From NCBI GenBank assembly GCA_038087875.1, contig CM075995.1, positions 1,366,001-1,430,000 of the forward strand: a DNA stretch of 64,000 nucleotides, given 5' to 3'. The notes under the pieces are model-generated. The model ran no database searches. It was not told the origin of the DNA and saw nothing but the letters and a program-made list of their open reading frames with translations. Below, piece by piece: positions 63,399 to 64,000 of this stretch. Origin of the DNA: Malacoraja senta. Taxonomy: Eukaryota. A program made the position numbers and the translations under genes. Numbering within the stretch: position 1 is the first letter of the stretch; the number at the start of each line of letters is the position of its first letter.

Positions 63399-64000
63399 TC
63401 TTTTTAGAAACAATAATCAGGGACAGAAATATCAGTTACTTGGATAAGTATGGATCAGTTAAGAAACACCAACATAGACTTTTTAAAGACAAATTCTGCT
63501 TAACAAAGTTAAGCAAGTTATTGATAAGGTGACAGAGTGGGTTGAAAAGAAAAAAATGCTTGAAGTTTATATATTGATTTTGTGTATTTGGGACTGAGCT
63601 CACAACCTTAAGACAAACCAGTATTGAGGAACAGCGTGAGAACATTTTATGACACTTCATGGCAGCCTAATCTGAGGTTTGCCAGTCACGCCCAGAAGCC
63701 ATCTCTACCAGTGCTGTTGAAGAAGACAGGGTTGTGTTCACCTCTCCTGCACCCCTGTTCCGTAGGACAACACCAACTCTTTCATTATGCAGATGTTAAA
63801 GGCTGGGTTTTATTCTCAAGCCATGATGCCAGATTCCCGATCTCTTTACTGAACTTTACTGAATCAAAGGGTTCTATAGGAGGTGCTGCCTCAAAAAGGC
63901 AGCCAGCATTGTCATGGACCCACACTACCCTGGCCATGCTCTCATTTCATTCCTGCTTTCACCCCCCATCACCACTCAGTTATACAGAGCTGCAGCCTGC

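Overview
Repeat-dense vertebrate intronic or intergenic DNA. The repeat families (HE1-type V-SINEs and HER1/CR1-type LINEs sharing a 3' tail) point to a cartilaginous fish, probably a skate or ray; this is inferred from repeat content only. No host protein-coding gene is confidently identifiable, and almost all short ORFs in the track are transposon fragments. Main contents: (1) a young full-length Ty3/Gypsy (Mag-like) LTR retrotransposon at 44113-48868 with 216-bp LTRs differing at 3 sites, a 5-bp TSD and three ORF lesions; (2) a 753-bp probable solo LTR; (3) many CR1, Rex1/Babar, L1, Tx1, Vingi/Ingi-like and RTE-derived fragments; (4) Penelope-like elements and many short Penelope tails with a minimal hammerhead ribozyme motif, often as inverted pairs; (5) PIF/Harbinger-type and hAT-type MITEs; (6) short (AAG)n-tailed retroposons, two of which begin exactly at G+1 of a hand-folded HDV-like double-pseudoknot ribozyme, one a 54-nt form with almost no P4. 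Item 6 is the most notable observation. All RNA folds were derived by eye, and boundaries of old repeats are approximate.
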